Assembly (NCBI GenBank): GCA_963765895.1
Contig: CAVXZB010000048.1
Coordinates: 99,474-163,473, forward strand
Length of the DNA: 64,000 nt
Origin: an uncultured Nitrososphaeraceae archaeon
GTDB taxonomy: Archaea; Thermoproteota; Nitrososphaeria; Nitrososphaerales; Nitrososphaeraceae
Reading direction: 5' to 3'
The translations under genes and the position numbers were made by a program. The notes below the pieces were generated by a model. That model was not told the DNA's origin, did not search any database, and worked only from the letters and a program-made list of their open reading frames with translations. The number at the start of each line of letters is the position of its first letter. Positions within the stretch are counted from its first letter, which is position 1. Of the stretch, positions 10,870 to 25,755 are shown piece after piece.

Positions 10870-11896
10870 TTATTCAAACCATTTTTCCAATGACTGGTTT
10901 CGATTTGTTATTGATTTTTTTAATCTATCGAGAGATCCTGTCACTCGATCAACCGAAAAATTTTTTTCAACACACAGAAAGTTAATAATATGATCATATT
11001 TTATCTCGTTGAATGAAATGTTGTCAATATCGGGGATTTCTGATCTCAAAAATATATCTCGTATTTCTTGATATGGGACATCTGATAATCTATCTCTAAT
11101 TTTTTCTATATTTTCAAGTTTATTATATTCCTTAATTAATTTTAAGGCTGTTTTAGGACCAATGCCTGGAAAACCTTCCGGGTTAAAGTCAGTACCTATT
11201 AAAATTCCTACATCTACTATCTGTTCACGCGTTAATGATAAGTGACTGAGAAAATGCTTGAGATCTATAATCTCTGGTTCTATATCGATGTATAAATTTC
11301 TGTTCGGAATTTTTCTCTTGCCGCTGATCGTAATGTTTCGTATCAGTTTCTCTGCTCCAAATAGTAATGAATCATAATCTTGACTAGCACAACCAAATGC
11401 AATTCCACATTTTGTCAAATAAGCTCGCCGATGCTTCTCCTTCTGATTTTGCTTGAACTATGGGAATACCAAGTAACATCAAGATCGTTTTTGATTCTTC
11501 TATCATTTCACTGGTCAGGACTGATGTAGCTTGACTATATTTTCGTGCATCCTCATACTTACCGCTTGTTAATGCCGCTTCGTACTTTTCAAACGCTATT
11601 TGTTTTAAATGTCGTCTATGTTCTATCTCCTTTGATTTCAGGTTATTAGGTTCTCCATCGAAAACATATATTAGCTTAATATTCTCTGCCAATAGGCTTA
11701 CATTACGATAAAAGAGGCCGCTTAGATGACTTGTCACACAGCCTTTACTGTTTGTAAGTAATTCTCCGGTTGGCCCACGGATTGTGGCAAGAAATTGGTA
11801 TATAGAGTTGTATGCATCGATTGCAATTATCTTGTCAGAGAGTTCAGTTATATTTATAGATGATGCCTCAACAAGTGGTCTAAGATCTAAACCCAT
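10870..11896 (-). CDS. fen: Flap endonuclease 1 (one frameshift near 11425)
   Basis: AIDAYNSIYQFL, YVFDG, EGEA, SQDYDSLLFG, GTDFNP.G..GIGPKTA, PIP box QSLEKWF. Confidence 0.95.
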
Positions 11897-12971
11897 TATC
11901 TTAATTACGCATGAACTGAATTTTTACCTTTTCCATTTCTAGAATTATATTTGTATTATTGCTTTAATTAAATTCCATTCATAATAAGACATTTTATATG
12001 AATTACTATAGATTATAGAACATATGATCAATTACAGTTTTATAACCTAAAATTATATTAAGGGTCTAATTATATAAATCCTTAATTGAGTCTTGGTTTT
12101 ATCGATTACCATATTTCTAAATGTGTATACTATACAATAATATTATTTTAGTAAAAGAATCAAAATATGTTAAACTTTTGAATACAACTAGTAGCGTAGC
12201 AGAGAGAATATAATAATGTCTATATCAAATATGCTATCACATGTTAAGATCGAGAACATATTTAGATGACGTGATGTATATAACTTACGATCCTTGTCTT
12301 TATTATAATGATTTACATAGCTTCGCCTTTAACGATTACATAACTGACTTAGGAATCAGCGTTTATTCATTTAATATCATAATACTCATTTCTAGATTAG
12401 TCTATCCTAGAGTTAGACATCATATCCGAGATTGCATTAATGACAGAGGATGAGAAATTATAAATTCTGATCCTCCGTCATAGTTTGGAACGAAGCTGTT
12501 TACAGTTAAGCCTTAGCTTTATAGTATAAAATGGTTGATTAACACTGTTATTCGACAGCCGTAATCGCAGGTGAGCTTCTTAATTAATTAATATTAAGTG
12601 CTCTGGATTAAATAAAATTTCAATTTTGAATTATTATAACCTACTTATTAGCGCTTCGTTTGTAGTTACATTAATTAAATCAAATCTTGAAATGATTTGA
12701 ACATTTTGTGCCAATCAAATATTTTATAGTTAATTATTGTAATATATCCAAAATGAGCATTTAATTATGACTCATATTGTAAAGTTAATCTCGTTCCGAG
12801 GATAGTAAGCTAAATAATCTATCACCGATCAAACCTTATTTTTGGATAACTGGGTGCCGGCTATTTAGAAACATAATCTAGTATATTCTATTCAAACGTA
12901 TAAAGAATCACTTCAACTATAATTCAAGGCGAGAGGTTTTTAAATTATTAAATTAATTCTGCATAACACAC

Positions 12972-13448
12972 TTGATGGAACAGGATGAACACATTAAGGC
13001 TCACTTGATGTGGATATGGGGACAAAAGGTCGGTTTTATTAAAAGAGGCATTGAAGGTATGATGATAATCACCAATAGACGTATTGCATTCATTACAAAA
13101 ACTAGCATGACATATAGAGTACACGATGCATATTCTCTAAAACAACTTAAACGATTCAAAGACGGCGAAGATGTATTTAGACCTATATCTGGATATACTA
13201 TAAAAAATTTGGCAAGCGATCTTGCAATGAGTAATAAGAATTTGGAAATTCCATATGATAGGATTGTTGATATCCTTACGGAGGAGAAACGCTGGGGTAC
13301 TTTACTCAAAGTCAGGTTTAGTTCTGAGAGTAAACTCGAAACCTATATGTTTTCAGTTGTTAAAGGATGGGTAAAGTACCCATTAAAAGATCCTATTGGA
13401 TTTCAGCGCATTGATTGGAATCCTTTAATCAAGATCTTTAAGTGTTGA
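12972..13448 (+). CDS. Hypothetical protein, possibly PH-like fold
   Basis: 158-aa ORF; G.MIITNRRIAF motif resembles bPH/GRAM domains. Confidence 0.7.
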   Translation: MMEQDEHIKAHLMWIWGQKVGFIKRGIEGMMIITNRRIAFITKTSMTYRVHDAYSLKQLKRFKDGEDVFRPISGYTIKNLASDLAMSNKNLEIPYDRIVDILTEEKRWGTLLKVRFSSESKLETYMFSVVKGWVKYPLKDPIGFQRIDWNPLIKIFKC

Positions 13449-13731
13449 AATCTTTAAAGTGGATGATAAAAAATTTCTAATCGTATCTGAAAAAGGATCT
13501 TGGTGGATAATCCAAAAAACCAGTAAAACTATAGTATCATCACAATAAGCATTAGAATTAGGCAGTGAGATTCTTGATCCTAATATAGTATAGCAAAATT
13601 GGATGTATTCTATAGTTTCTAGCAGCAAACACTACATAAGTTTACATGTATTGAATGTTAAATATTCTTATAACTAATATCAATATGTAAAACAATGAGT
13701 TACGTTAGGGTACGCCGACTAATTATACATT

Positions 13732-14070
13732 CTATCCAAATACATTATGATAACAATTATTAACTTCCACTTTAGTGGGCTCTGTTGCAAAGTAGTTATA
13801 TTCGCTTAGATCTGTAGGTTTGCTCTCTTTAACTGTTTTCTTTATACAACTGTAAAAACTATGTATATCCTGGTCAAGTTTTGGATTACCAGTATTAATA
13901 GGTAGGAGTATAACTTGTCCTCGGGAAGTACTCTTCATAATTGTATCTGGATTTGCAACTATAGGCTCTGCTAATGCAATATTGATGATACTATTTGATA
14001 GCAACATAATTAATGTCAGAGTGAAACTAACCATTATTAATGCTGTATTTGTATTCATTAAGATTGTCAT
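13732..14070 (-). CDS. Small secreted hypothetical protein
   Basis: Hydrophobic N-terminus ending ALA; two Cys in the mature part. Confidence 0.65.
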   Translation of the reverse strand: MTILMNTNTALIMVSFTLTLIMLLSNSIINIALAEPIVANPDTIMKSTSRGQVILLPINTGNPKLDQDIHSFYSCIKKTVKESKPTDLSEYNYFATEPTKVEVNNCYHNVFG

Positions 14071-14363
14071 ATATGTATTCTTTATAAGTAGTCAGTCTAT
14101 AAATATCATAAAACAAAAATAAAATTATTCATAGATAGTTTGTTACAATAATTTATTACTGTGCGATGTATGTACATCAATTTTGCTGATCCACAATCCA
14201 ATGATACAGCACACTCAGCTATATCTCAGCCCGACGATAAGTTAACAGAACACTCCTAATAGGTGTATATTCCTCAGTACGGGTAGTCCCAATGAATTTG
14301 TTCATTATAACTGTATCTAGATCAAGTATATGTAGACGAAAGTCTATTAATTTCCGACAGATA

Positions 14364-15014
14364 TTGCTAGATGTCGCCATTGTATCATTGATCCCAGTCC
14401 ACTTCTTGGATCTTTTTGGGACTATGATATTTGCAGTTACTGGTGCTCTGAAAGCCATCGAACATAAGCTAGACATAGTGGGAGTTATTGTCCTATCTGG
14501 CATTGCTGGATTAGCTGGGGGCATCATTAGAGATGTAGTCATAGGACGAACCCCGCCATCAGCCTTAGTCGATCCTTTGTATATAATAATAACATCGATC
14601 ACCGGGATCGGTATTCTCTTTCTTTATCGTTATGTAAAAAATCTAATGAGACTATTTTTGATTTTTGATGCATTTGGTCTAGGAATATTTAGTCTACTAG
14701 GGGCTAATATTGCCTTCAGTATGTTTGGCCTTAACCTCGTCATTATGATGTTTGCAGGAGTTATTACAGCTGTTGGTGGCGGTATTATACGGGATATGTT
14801 AGTAAGTGAAATTCCTTTGGTTCTCAGGAAGGAATTATACGTATCTGTAAGTTTCGTTGGAGTTTTATCGTTCTTTATTTTGCTTTACCTGGGAGTTAAC
14901 ATACTAATTTCAACCATTATAGGAATCATCGTTATCACCTCATTTCGTATAGCCGCGATAAAATATAACTGGAATCTACCAAGAAGAGTTTTTAGAAATG
15001 CAAATGGCTTGTAA
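14364..15014 (+). CDS. TRIC / UPF0126 family membrane protein
   Basis: Duplicated FAVTGA...GGIIRD and DAFGLG...GGGIIRD repeats; start uncertain. Confidence 0.92.
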   Translation: MLDVAIVSLIPVHFLDLFGTMIFAVTGALKAIEHKLDIVGVIVLSGIAGLAGGIIRDVVIGRTPPSALVDPLYIIITSITGIGILFLYRYVKNLMRLFLIFDAFGLGIFSLLGANIAFSMFGLNLVIMMFAGVITAVGGGIIRDMLVSEIPLVLRKELYVSVSFVGVLSFFILLYLGVNILISTIIGIIVITSFRIAAIKYNWNLPRRVFRNANGL

Positions 15015-15706
15015 GAACTATCTACAATTAGGGATTTAGGTCAGTGGTATTCGGACTAAAGTTTTTTTATGAACGCGAAATATTTTGCTGATCGCTCTCA
15101 ACAATCATGTATGCATAGTAGTTACAGAGAATTTCATTTTGCAAACAAATACCAAATAATTAGCTATGTAAATTATTGCTATTTCCTAAATCAATATAGT
15201 AATATCCCAGCATTATAAGTTATGATCAAAAAGCCTGGTGTTTTATCACGCATTAGATTTACAACTGCGAATCTGGTCCTTGAAGTCGAGCGGGGCTTTA
15301 CAACGTGCAAGATCGATGGAGATCAAGTCATGTTTGTTTCAGACAGATTGAATTATTAAAATAGACAGTTAATTTCTATGATGATTTTTGTGTTCAGTTT
15401 GAAAACAAAAATTAGATTAGTAGTAACATGAGGTCAATCATCATTATTACGGTACTAAATGAATTTGCTTATAAAGCTGAAGTGCATTTAAGATATATCT
15501 TGATATCTGATCATCTGATATAATAATTTATCCTACATATCACTATTTCTAGGAAAGAGAACAATATAATATAATAGTAGGAAAATATTTAGAATCATTT
15601 TGAAATATTAAACATCTAGATACTGGTAATAGTACATATATATATCTGTATAAGTATATTATATGAATATGCGTGGTAATAACTTTTGATTCAGAATAGT
15701 TTTCCA

Positions 15707-16016
15707 ATGATGGAGTGGCATGTGAAACATTTGGAAAAGGTAGTTTTGAAATTTGTAACAGGACTAGCAGAAAATGCAACTCTTGGGAAAAAAGAATGAA
15801 TAAACGTTATGGTAGAATAATAAGGTTGCTAGACAAATAAACTATGACATAAAACAAGGTGCTACTTATGATCAAGTTCTCTTGCTTTTACAAAGAATCC
15901 GGAATGATTCCTCATTTTCTAGTCTTCGAGGTAATAATGGTTCTTTAGAAAGATTAGCCGAGTTAGAGAAACACTTTCAGCAGCAACCCCTAGAGAGAAC
16001 GAAGTGGTGGTATTAA
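15707..16016 (+). CDS. Hypothetical protein with two frameshifts, absent from the ORF track
   Basis: Reads MMEWHVKHLEKVVLKFVTGLAENA/SWEKRMNKRYGRI/KVARQINYDIKQG...KWWY* after two 1-bp corrections. Confidence 0.55.
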
Positions 16017-16129
16017 CCTCTTGGCCTCCACATGGGAGATAAATCTTTAGGGATAGGATTATAGATTAAATTGATGGCCATAGAAGAGGTCCTGATACTT
16101 TATTAATATATCAAATTATAATCAAGTAG

Positions 16130-16288
16130 TTGGTTAATTGGCTTTACATTGTAGATTGTAGCAATTGTGGATATATTTCAGTAGAAAAATTATCTAAGGA
16201 GAAGGCAAAGATACTCAAAAAGACGCATGTAAATATCACCAAAAATTGTACTCTTGGACATATCAGATTAATCAAAGTAAGGGCATAG
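16130..16288 (+). CDS. Small zinc-binding protein (52 aa)
   Basis: MVNWLYIVDCSNCGYIS...H......C...H; intact ORF with a TATA-like box upstream. Confidence 0.6.
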   Translation: MVNWLYIVDCSNCGYISVEKLSKEKAKILKKTHVNITKNCTLGHIRLIKVRA

Positions 16289-16562
16289 AACTTTATTTTC
16301 TACTGGGAAGTTGGCGCAAGGATATAAGAAATTGTACGTATCGTATCTTATTATTTTTGTGTCTTGTCACAGTATTTCACAGTGATCAATAGTTCTGCGA
16401 ACTTTGGACTCGATTTCTTACAAACCTAGCAAAGGGTGCTCATTTTATTATATTCAGAAAATTCGGCAAGGTGATATGTCAGAATAGACTTATCTGATGT
16501 TGATGATCAATCTTAGACCATGTAATAAACTGACAATCGTAGTCAAATAAATAAAGGACTGT

Positions 16563-17224
16563 CTATACTACTTGGAAGGATTTCTGTATCTTTGAATCGT
16601 AATTGTCTTTTCTGATTTCTAGATTGGTATTATAAATTCCACTACTTGATCGAGGTCCTATTTGTACAGTAAATGTCGCATGTCCATCTTTATCCGTGTA
16701 TGCAGTTTGAGTGTTGTTGTTGTTGTTGTTGTTTTGTCTATGGATGGATTGAAATTCGGTGGTTCTATGGTCAGTAGAACAAGTACATCGGAGACAGGTT
16801 GATCCGTATATTTATCTCTGACAGTTACACTCATGTAAGTTGTATCACCTACTTTTACGGGGTCTTTTATAATAGAATAGTCTATGGTATACTGTTTTGA
16901 AGACTTGCAGTTAACTATTCCACTAAACAGAGGTGCAAACTTTCCTCCAGCAATATTATCAATAGTATTACAAAAGCCCTTTCCATCTGAGGATATACTA
17001 TTTTTACCATCAAAGGCAGTTGCTTTTCCATTTCCAGAAGTATCAATATCCACGTCAGCTCTGGCAGTTTGAATGATAGTAGGTAAGAGTGATACTGGTG
17101 ATGATGATGATATTGCGGGAAGTATTGAATAATTAGATAATAATACCGAAGGTGATGTTATAGTCAAGACTACAAGTAGACTAATAATAAGTAGAAACTT
17201 GGGTTCTCTTTTCATAATCTTCAT
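16563..17224 (-). CDS. Secreted protein with C-terminal Ig-like domain (frameshift near 16705)
   Basis: Signal peptide; PVKVGDT.Y.SVTVRD...PVSDV; continues in another frame as TDKDGHATFTVQIG...QVV*. Confidence 0.65.
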
Positions 17225-17339
17225 CTCTAATACTATACATATCTCTCTACATACTTTTGTCTATTGTTGATTTCTTCAACAAATGAGTACAGGCGTTCTA
17301 TCCACATATTCCCTAATCTCACTCACAAACATCAATCAA

Positions 17340-17648
17340 TTATCTGCTACCGGCTGCTGCAGCTGCCGCGGCTGCACTGCCACCGGCTGCTGCCGCTGAT
17401 GCTGCGCTATCGCCAGCTGCTGCCGCTGATGCTGCGCTATCGCCAGCTGCTGCCGCTGATGCTGCGCTATCGCCAGCTGCTGCCGCTGCTGCCGCTGCGC
17501 CATCACTACCATGATGATGATTCTGATGACCATAATGATAGTAGTTTCTATGTGCGAACGCGGACTGCTGATCTGACATCGTTGTCGTAACTAGTGCTAG
17601 AGCTATTGTCGCTATTGCTATTCCTGAGATAACATAACTTCGATTCAT
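17340..17648 (-). CDS. Small secreted His-rich / poly-Ala repeat protein
   Basis: Signal peptide ending AFA, then HRNYYHYGHQNHHH, then (AAAAGDSAAS)n. Confidence 0.75.
   Translation of the reverse strand: MNRSYVISGIAIATIALALVTTTMSDQQSAFAHRNYYHYGHQNHHHGSDGAAAAAAAAGDSAASAAAAGDSAASAAAAGDSAASAAAAGGSAAAAAAAAGSR
17386..17488. repeat. 30-bp tandem repeat, about 3.4 copies, coding
   Basis: GCTGCTGCCGCTGATGCTGCGCTATCGCCA at 17386, 17416, 17446 plus a partial copy. Confidence 0.95.
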
Positions 17649-17853
17649 ATCTATATAATGTATAATAGATTTGAGTATACCAAGATTATGAACATAAATT
17701 ATAATATCTTGATCTGTAATTATTATCTATAAGATATTGGTACAATTAAGGGACAGCAGAAGTTAGAGCTAGATTATTATTTAGTAGTAATTGGGAGTCA
17801 AGAACCAATCTCAAATCAATAGAAATTTGGGCCGATTCGATCTGTTCATATTC

Positions 17854-18440
17854 CTAGAGCACTTTATGAACAAATGAAATAGCAATTGATCCTTCGCCTA
17901 CCGAGTACGCAGCACACTTGATGCTGCCTCCCCGCGCGTCGTCCGCCACGAAAACCTCTAGGCAAGCTTGTTTAGAGTAATTACGGCATATTTACCTGTT
18001 TCGCCACGAACGGATTGGAGGTGATTGCCCAGATATCAGTGTTAAACCGGAATACAATAGTAACGATCTCCGCTCCTGCGAATCAGATAGCGCGACATGC
18101 TCTAGGCCAAACCGGGCCGACCTGATGGGCATATACACACTTTACTGGCTTCCAAAAATACGGTAGCCTGATCGCTAAATTTACTCCGCCAACCCAGTTT
18201 ACTTCACCACCACATCATTGCACTTCCACAAAATTCGCGCCGTAATAGACGCCCTCATCTTCAAACCACGACAAGTTTTTTCAATAATGGCCTTTGGTAC
18301 TCAGCCCAGATCGCAATCATGATAGTATATACTGGAATTCGAGCACCATCCTCAACTCCTACGACAAATTTGTGCAGATGAGCGAGTTCCCTTGGTGGTG
18401 AGCATCTCCGCGCCGAACTTCTGCGGTAGCACGCCCGAGA
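17854..18440 (-). pseudogene. Decayed bacterial-type thioredoxin reductase (TrxB-like)
   Basis: Fragments QKFGAEML, EDGARIP..TIMIA..AEY, FEDEGVYYGA, VGG.N, SMSRYLIRR, VFVADDARGGSIK...VGEGSIAISFVH; GC-rich. Confidence 0.75.
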
Positions 18441-18744
18441 TGATTGTGATATTGCCAATATTATAGATTTGACGACAAGTTACCAATAGTATAAGTGATT
18501 GATTCTTTTCCAGATCGCTAGAATATGGTACAATCAAGTCTTCAATAGCCGTAAAATAGGGGTGTGATCTGGTCTTTCTGCTGTGAAAAAGTATATGGAC
18601 TGTACTCAACATGCAAGCAATACACAATAATTCGAGACTTATTACTCTTTGATACCAGTAAGGAATTACGGCAACGGATTAAATCATAACTCTAGACAAC
18701 ATGAATCAGTACAATTGTATCTACAGATAAACGTGTAGATCTTT

Positions 18745-18970
18745 ATGATTGTCATCTCTATTTCCTGCAATCTGTCTGATAGGTACACAAGTTGATCTGA
18801 TAGTTGAGCCATAATATCGTCTTTGTCACGCTGTATTTGTCTGATTTAATTCTTCCAATTCCTCTACCTTTGTATGTATATCAGTCCACAGTCTTTCTGA
18901 TAGGTATGTTTAGGAACGTTAAATAAGGCCAGATTTTACGAAATATCTTAGCTTTTTCTAACTCCTTCTT
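18745..18970 (-). pseudogene. C-terminal fragment of a tyrosine integrase
   Basis: KKELEKAKIFRKIWPYLTFLN...KVEELEELNQ...DDIMAQLSDQL..L..RLQEIE, like the coiled-coil tail of Nitrososphaeraceae integrases (from recall). Confidence 0.55.
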
Positions 18971-19032
18971 GCATGGTTAAGAGGTTTAAATAAAGATATT
19001 CGTATTTATTACTCTAGCTGTCATTACCATAT

Positions 19033-21231
<2,199 letters not shown>

Positions 21232-21611
21232 GTCTAACGCACCTTCTCAATAGCGCTTTATACACGTTTCATAGCCCATGGCCTGATCTATTTAGATATT
21301 TAGATATTTTGATATTCCAATAGAAAATTGACTTGTAGAGCTCTGTGACTGTCCTGTGAAATGGCGTAGCATGAGAAAATATGTTATACTTTTACGCCAT
21401 GATCTAGCTTTGAATGTTGTTGTTTCAGTGTCCATTCTAGTACAAGAATATGTTGTAACTTATATCTGATCCATACGATTTAGTAAAGATATGATAATCT
21501 ATGAAAAATCCTTTCAAAAAATCAAATAAGACACCCTAAGGAGAACCTCTTGAACATGTAGGATCAGGTCCAGCCATTGGGTCTAAAAAATTAGTAATTA
21601 TTGCAGCTCTT

Positions 21612-22463
<852 letters not shown>

Positions 22464-22972
22464 AGTAAAAAAAGAGTTCCACGGATGTGTAGTACTTGAT
22501 TCCTACCAGTATCTATTGTGTTAAAATGAGACTAGGCGAAGTATTGATCCCTTATAATTCAAAAGTCCTTTACCACCTGTTATATTTTGGAATGATATTT
22601 TTCTTTCTTTAACCTTATAATAGATTAATTTATTTAGCGAGTGATCTGAGCAAGATTCTTACCTAGCTTATGTATATTATAGCACCGGCAAGCAAAAGGA
22701 TACATTCACGTCATAAGCCTATGGCTTGTTTTTTTGAATGCCTCATCTAGACAAAAGCGTGAGAGGGGTTTTCCACCAGTCATGGTACTAGAGGTCTTGT
22801 TGCTACTAATAGTACACAGCTGCGATTTTTGTCCCTATGTTTGATTCCTTTGCTTGCTGGACCTTGTTGCGTGCTTTTAACAATTAGTTAGCAACAGATT
22901 ACTTATAGAGTAGAAAAATATTGTGCTGTAAATATTGTAGAAAAATCTTCTGGAAATCGTTCTTGCCGCAGT

Positions 22973-23590
22973 TTAATTTCGACATTCGCGTGGCTTTACG
23001 CCTCCTACTTCTCCTTGTTTTTCGCCATCAGCTATAATTTTTTTTACACCATTTTGTACGAGTTCATCAACGTACGTCATGATCTTTTCTTCTTGTCCTG
23101 ATGATATATATGCTGTTGACTGTAATCCTATACTTCCTCCAACAGTCTTCTTTAAGAGATTGAAATCATCAATTGTTAAATCGTTTGTTATTTTCTGAAG
23201 CGTAGGCTTTGTCACAATTGCCTTGACAATTTGCATATCGATATTAGTAAAACTAGGGCCAATTCCTTCGTTTGAAACTATATAAAGTCCACTAGTGTAC
23301 TTGTTTAGAAAGCTAGTTATTTGTTCTCTACTTCCAGTAAATACTATAGGTATAGATAAATCAGGTGATTTGATTGCATAAGATTGAAGTCTTAGCATAG
23401 TAAGCTCTTTTTGAGCTGCAAGATTAGTATACTTTTGATATGCAGACCCTACTAATTCATAGCATACACCATATAGATTTACATTTGCGTGTTTTTGTGG
23501 ATAAAAATTATAGACAATAAAGAAACTAATTATTCCTGCTACTATCAGGACACAGATACTTGGTACTACAATTTTAGATATACTAACCAT
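22973..23590 (-). CDS. Membrane-anchored hypothetical protein
   Basis: N-terminal TM helix; 205 aa. Confidence 0.75.
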   Translation of the reverse strand: MVSISKIVVPSICVLIVAGIISFFIVYNFYPQKHANVNLYGVCYELVGSAYQKYTNLAAQKELTMLRLQSYAIKSPDLSIPIVFTGSREQITSFLNKYTSGLYIVSNEGIGPSFTNIDMQIVKAIVTKPTLQKITNDLTIDDFNLLKKTVGGSIGLQSTAYISSGQEEKIMTYVDELVQNGVKKIIADGEKQGEVGGVKPRECRN

Positions 23591-23608
23591 TATGTTCCCA
23601 TTTTTCTA

Positions 23609-24134
23609 TTAATTGTTGTACTCGATCATCTTCCTGCGTCGACGTTTATTATTATCAATTACTTTCTCTTCATATTGAATGTCTTGTTGTTCATGATCAC
23701 GATCATGGAACAGATTATCATCGGATTCTTGATTATTTTTCTCTTCTACTAAATCAATAGATGTAGTGCTATCATAACATTTTTCAACAACAGATTCCTC
23801 CATGATATTTTTTGAATCATCTGATGAAGAATTATCTATATAATGTTTGTATCGTCTTTCTACCCCAATATTATTTCCTTGAAGAACCTTTTCTATCTCA
23901 TCATCTGAGTGCTTTGTTGACAATTTCTTTGAGCTTATCTGTTTCGGGGTTTTGTGGATAAGTCTCTAACAAATACTTAAATTGCTTCATATATTCAACT
24001 ACTTTATTGCGATACTGTTCTGCAGTAGGTCTATGATTCCTTATTATCTTGAACCACGTTGTGGTACATTGAGCAGGATAGGCCTTTGCAAGATCTTCAA
24101 TAACGCGTTCAATCTCGAAAAAATCAAGAGTCAT
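23609..24134 (-). CDS. Hypothetical protein (frameshift near 23905)
   Basis: The two overlapping ORFs join as ...IVNKAL/DDEIEKVLQG... Confidence 0.65.
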
Positions 24135-24722
24135 TCTAATATTTACACCACATTTCTATTCCTATGTACAAGAATGAGAAGTATGTTGTATGATTGTGTA
24201 CTAATTTTACACTCTTGTCATTATCTGAGGAAGTTGCTTCATTTCTACTGCTACATAAAAAAACCGCAGGATTTGTGCAATTTCCTAGTCGGAAATAATA
24301 TTTACCAAATTTCTCCTTGTCTTTATAACATACAAGATATATCTCAACTAAAACCACTAATAGCCTGGTTATCATCATAGAATTGTAAAAAGATGCACTA
24401 ACGTAAAGACTAGAAGAATCGGAATACCATAACTTTTCTGTTCTTCTCAAACTGATATTCATGACAAATATTAGACAATATATAAGATTTAATCGGTTAC
24501 TTTATGCGACTAGAAACGATCATAGAAGCTTAATATTTCAGAATGAAGTATTTTTGGTTATTAGCAAACAACTTTATTTAATGTTAAAACTTCGTGTTGG
24601 CAATACAAAATGTAGAATGAATTTTCCAAGATACTCGGTGTAATTAAGCAGCAGACATGTATTTCTTCCATTTACCTTATATCTGTTATATAACGGATTG
24701 TTTCAATTGTGGAGTACTTCAA

Positions 24723-25199
24723 TTATGTAAATGCATTTTTGTTTTTTAATATAAAGGGTAATACTTTATTTTGAATGGTATGAGTGACATCAGAATCCAA
24801 ATCAAACGATAAGAGTAGGTAAAGCTTGTTTTCATCGTCTTTCTTATCAATCATTACTGGAATTGTCGCGCGAATCATTTTTTCGTACTTTCCTATAGAA
24901 TATTGTAATTTGCCAATCTTTGATTCATAATCTTCTCTGGTAGCAGCACGAAGAACAGCTTTCATAGCATAATCTGAAGTTTCTTTCTCTGTCAGCAAAG
25001 GAATCAAGTTTTTTCTATAAGATAAGGCTCTCAGATTTCCAAATTTATTTGCAATACCTGCAAATCTAATAGAAGCGTCCAGTTCTTGTATTTGTTTGCA
25101 AATGTCCTCTAAAGCCGATACAGGCACGTTATTTATTAGGTTCATTCTCTTATAATAATAACGATAACCTTGGAATGTATCCAGTTTTGGGCGAATCAT
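24723..25199 (-). CDS. DUF6659 / roadblock-like protein
   Basis: IRFAGIANKFG...PLLT..E...GKLQYSIGKYEKMIRATIP. Confidence 0.8.
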   Translation of the reverse strand: MIRPKLDTFQGYRYYYKRMNLINNVPVSALEDICKQIQELDASIRFAGIANKFGNLRALSYRKNLIPLLTEKETSDYAMKAVLRAATREDYESKIGKLQYSIGKYEKMIRATIPVMIDKKDDENKLYLLLSFDLDSDVTHTIQNKVLPFILKNKNAFT

Positions 25200-25314
25200 C
25201 TAAATTACGTCATCTCGATCAAAAAATGAGAATAGATTGGGCTCTATAAATTATATCTATTTGAAAATAACGATAATAATGAAGTTTTTCTAATTATTTA
25301 TAAACTATTTAATT

Positions 25315-25755
25315 TTATATCAAGGAACCTGCGGCGTTATCTGACCCTGATGACGACGGGGATGACCCTGATGACGACGGGGATGACCCTGATGACGACG
25401 GGGATGACCCTGATGACGACGGGGATGACCCTGATGACGACGGGGATGACCCTGATGACGACGGGGATGACCCTGATGACGACGGGGATGACCCTGATGA
25501 CGACGGGGATGACCCTGATGAGTTTAATGCTGGGGTTGACGGAGTGCTTTTTGGCAATCCACAAATTTCAGATTCCGTACTATTGACGAAACTGAGCCTG
25601 GGATTATCTGATCTACAGAACTGCTTTACTTGTTCTGGAGTCAGTCCGTGCGAATCCTGACCTTGTTGAGCTTTGACCTGGCTTGTAGTTACTATAAAGA
25701 GAGCTAATATCATCATACTAAATTGCAAAATATAATTAAGGTGTATTTTATCCAT
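25315..25755 (-). CDS. Secreted protein with Ser-rich (SSSGSSP)n tail
   Basis: Signal peptide ending VKA, a two-Cys mini-domain, then 8 heptad repeats. Confidence 0.75.
   Translation of the reverse strand: MDKIHLNYILQFSMMILALFIVTTSQVKAQQGQDSHGLTPEQVKQFCRSDNPRLSFVNSTESEICGLPKSTPSTPALNSSGSSPSSSGSSPSSSGSSPSSSGSSPSSSGSSPSSSGSSPSSSGSSPSSSGSSPSSSGSDNAAGSLI
25342..25521. repeat. Perfect 21-bp tandem repeat, about 8.5 copies, coding
   Basis: Unit TGACCCTGATGACGACGGGGA with no spacers. Confidence 0.97.

Noticed and set aside
9233-11896. Programmed frameshifting in thyX or fen
   Set aside because: No slippery sequence at the break points; indels are pervasive, so error is more parsimonious
17264-17590. 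Alternative-frame ORFs over the 30-bp repeat (and likewise over the 21-bp repeat)
   Set aside because: Artefacts of stop-free repeats; only one frame has a signal peptide
25342-25521. 21-bp repeats as a CRISPR array
   Set aside because: No spacers; unit is a multiple of 3 inside an ORF; no cas genes
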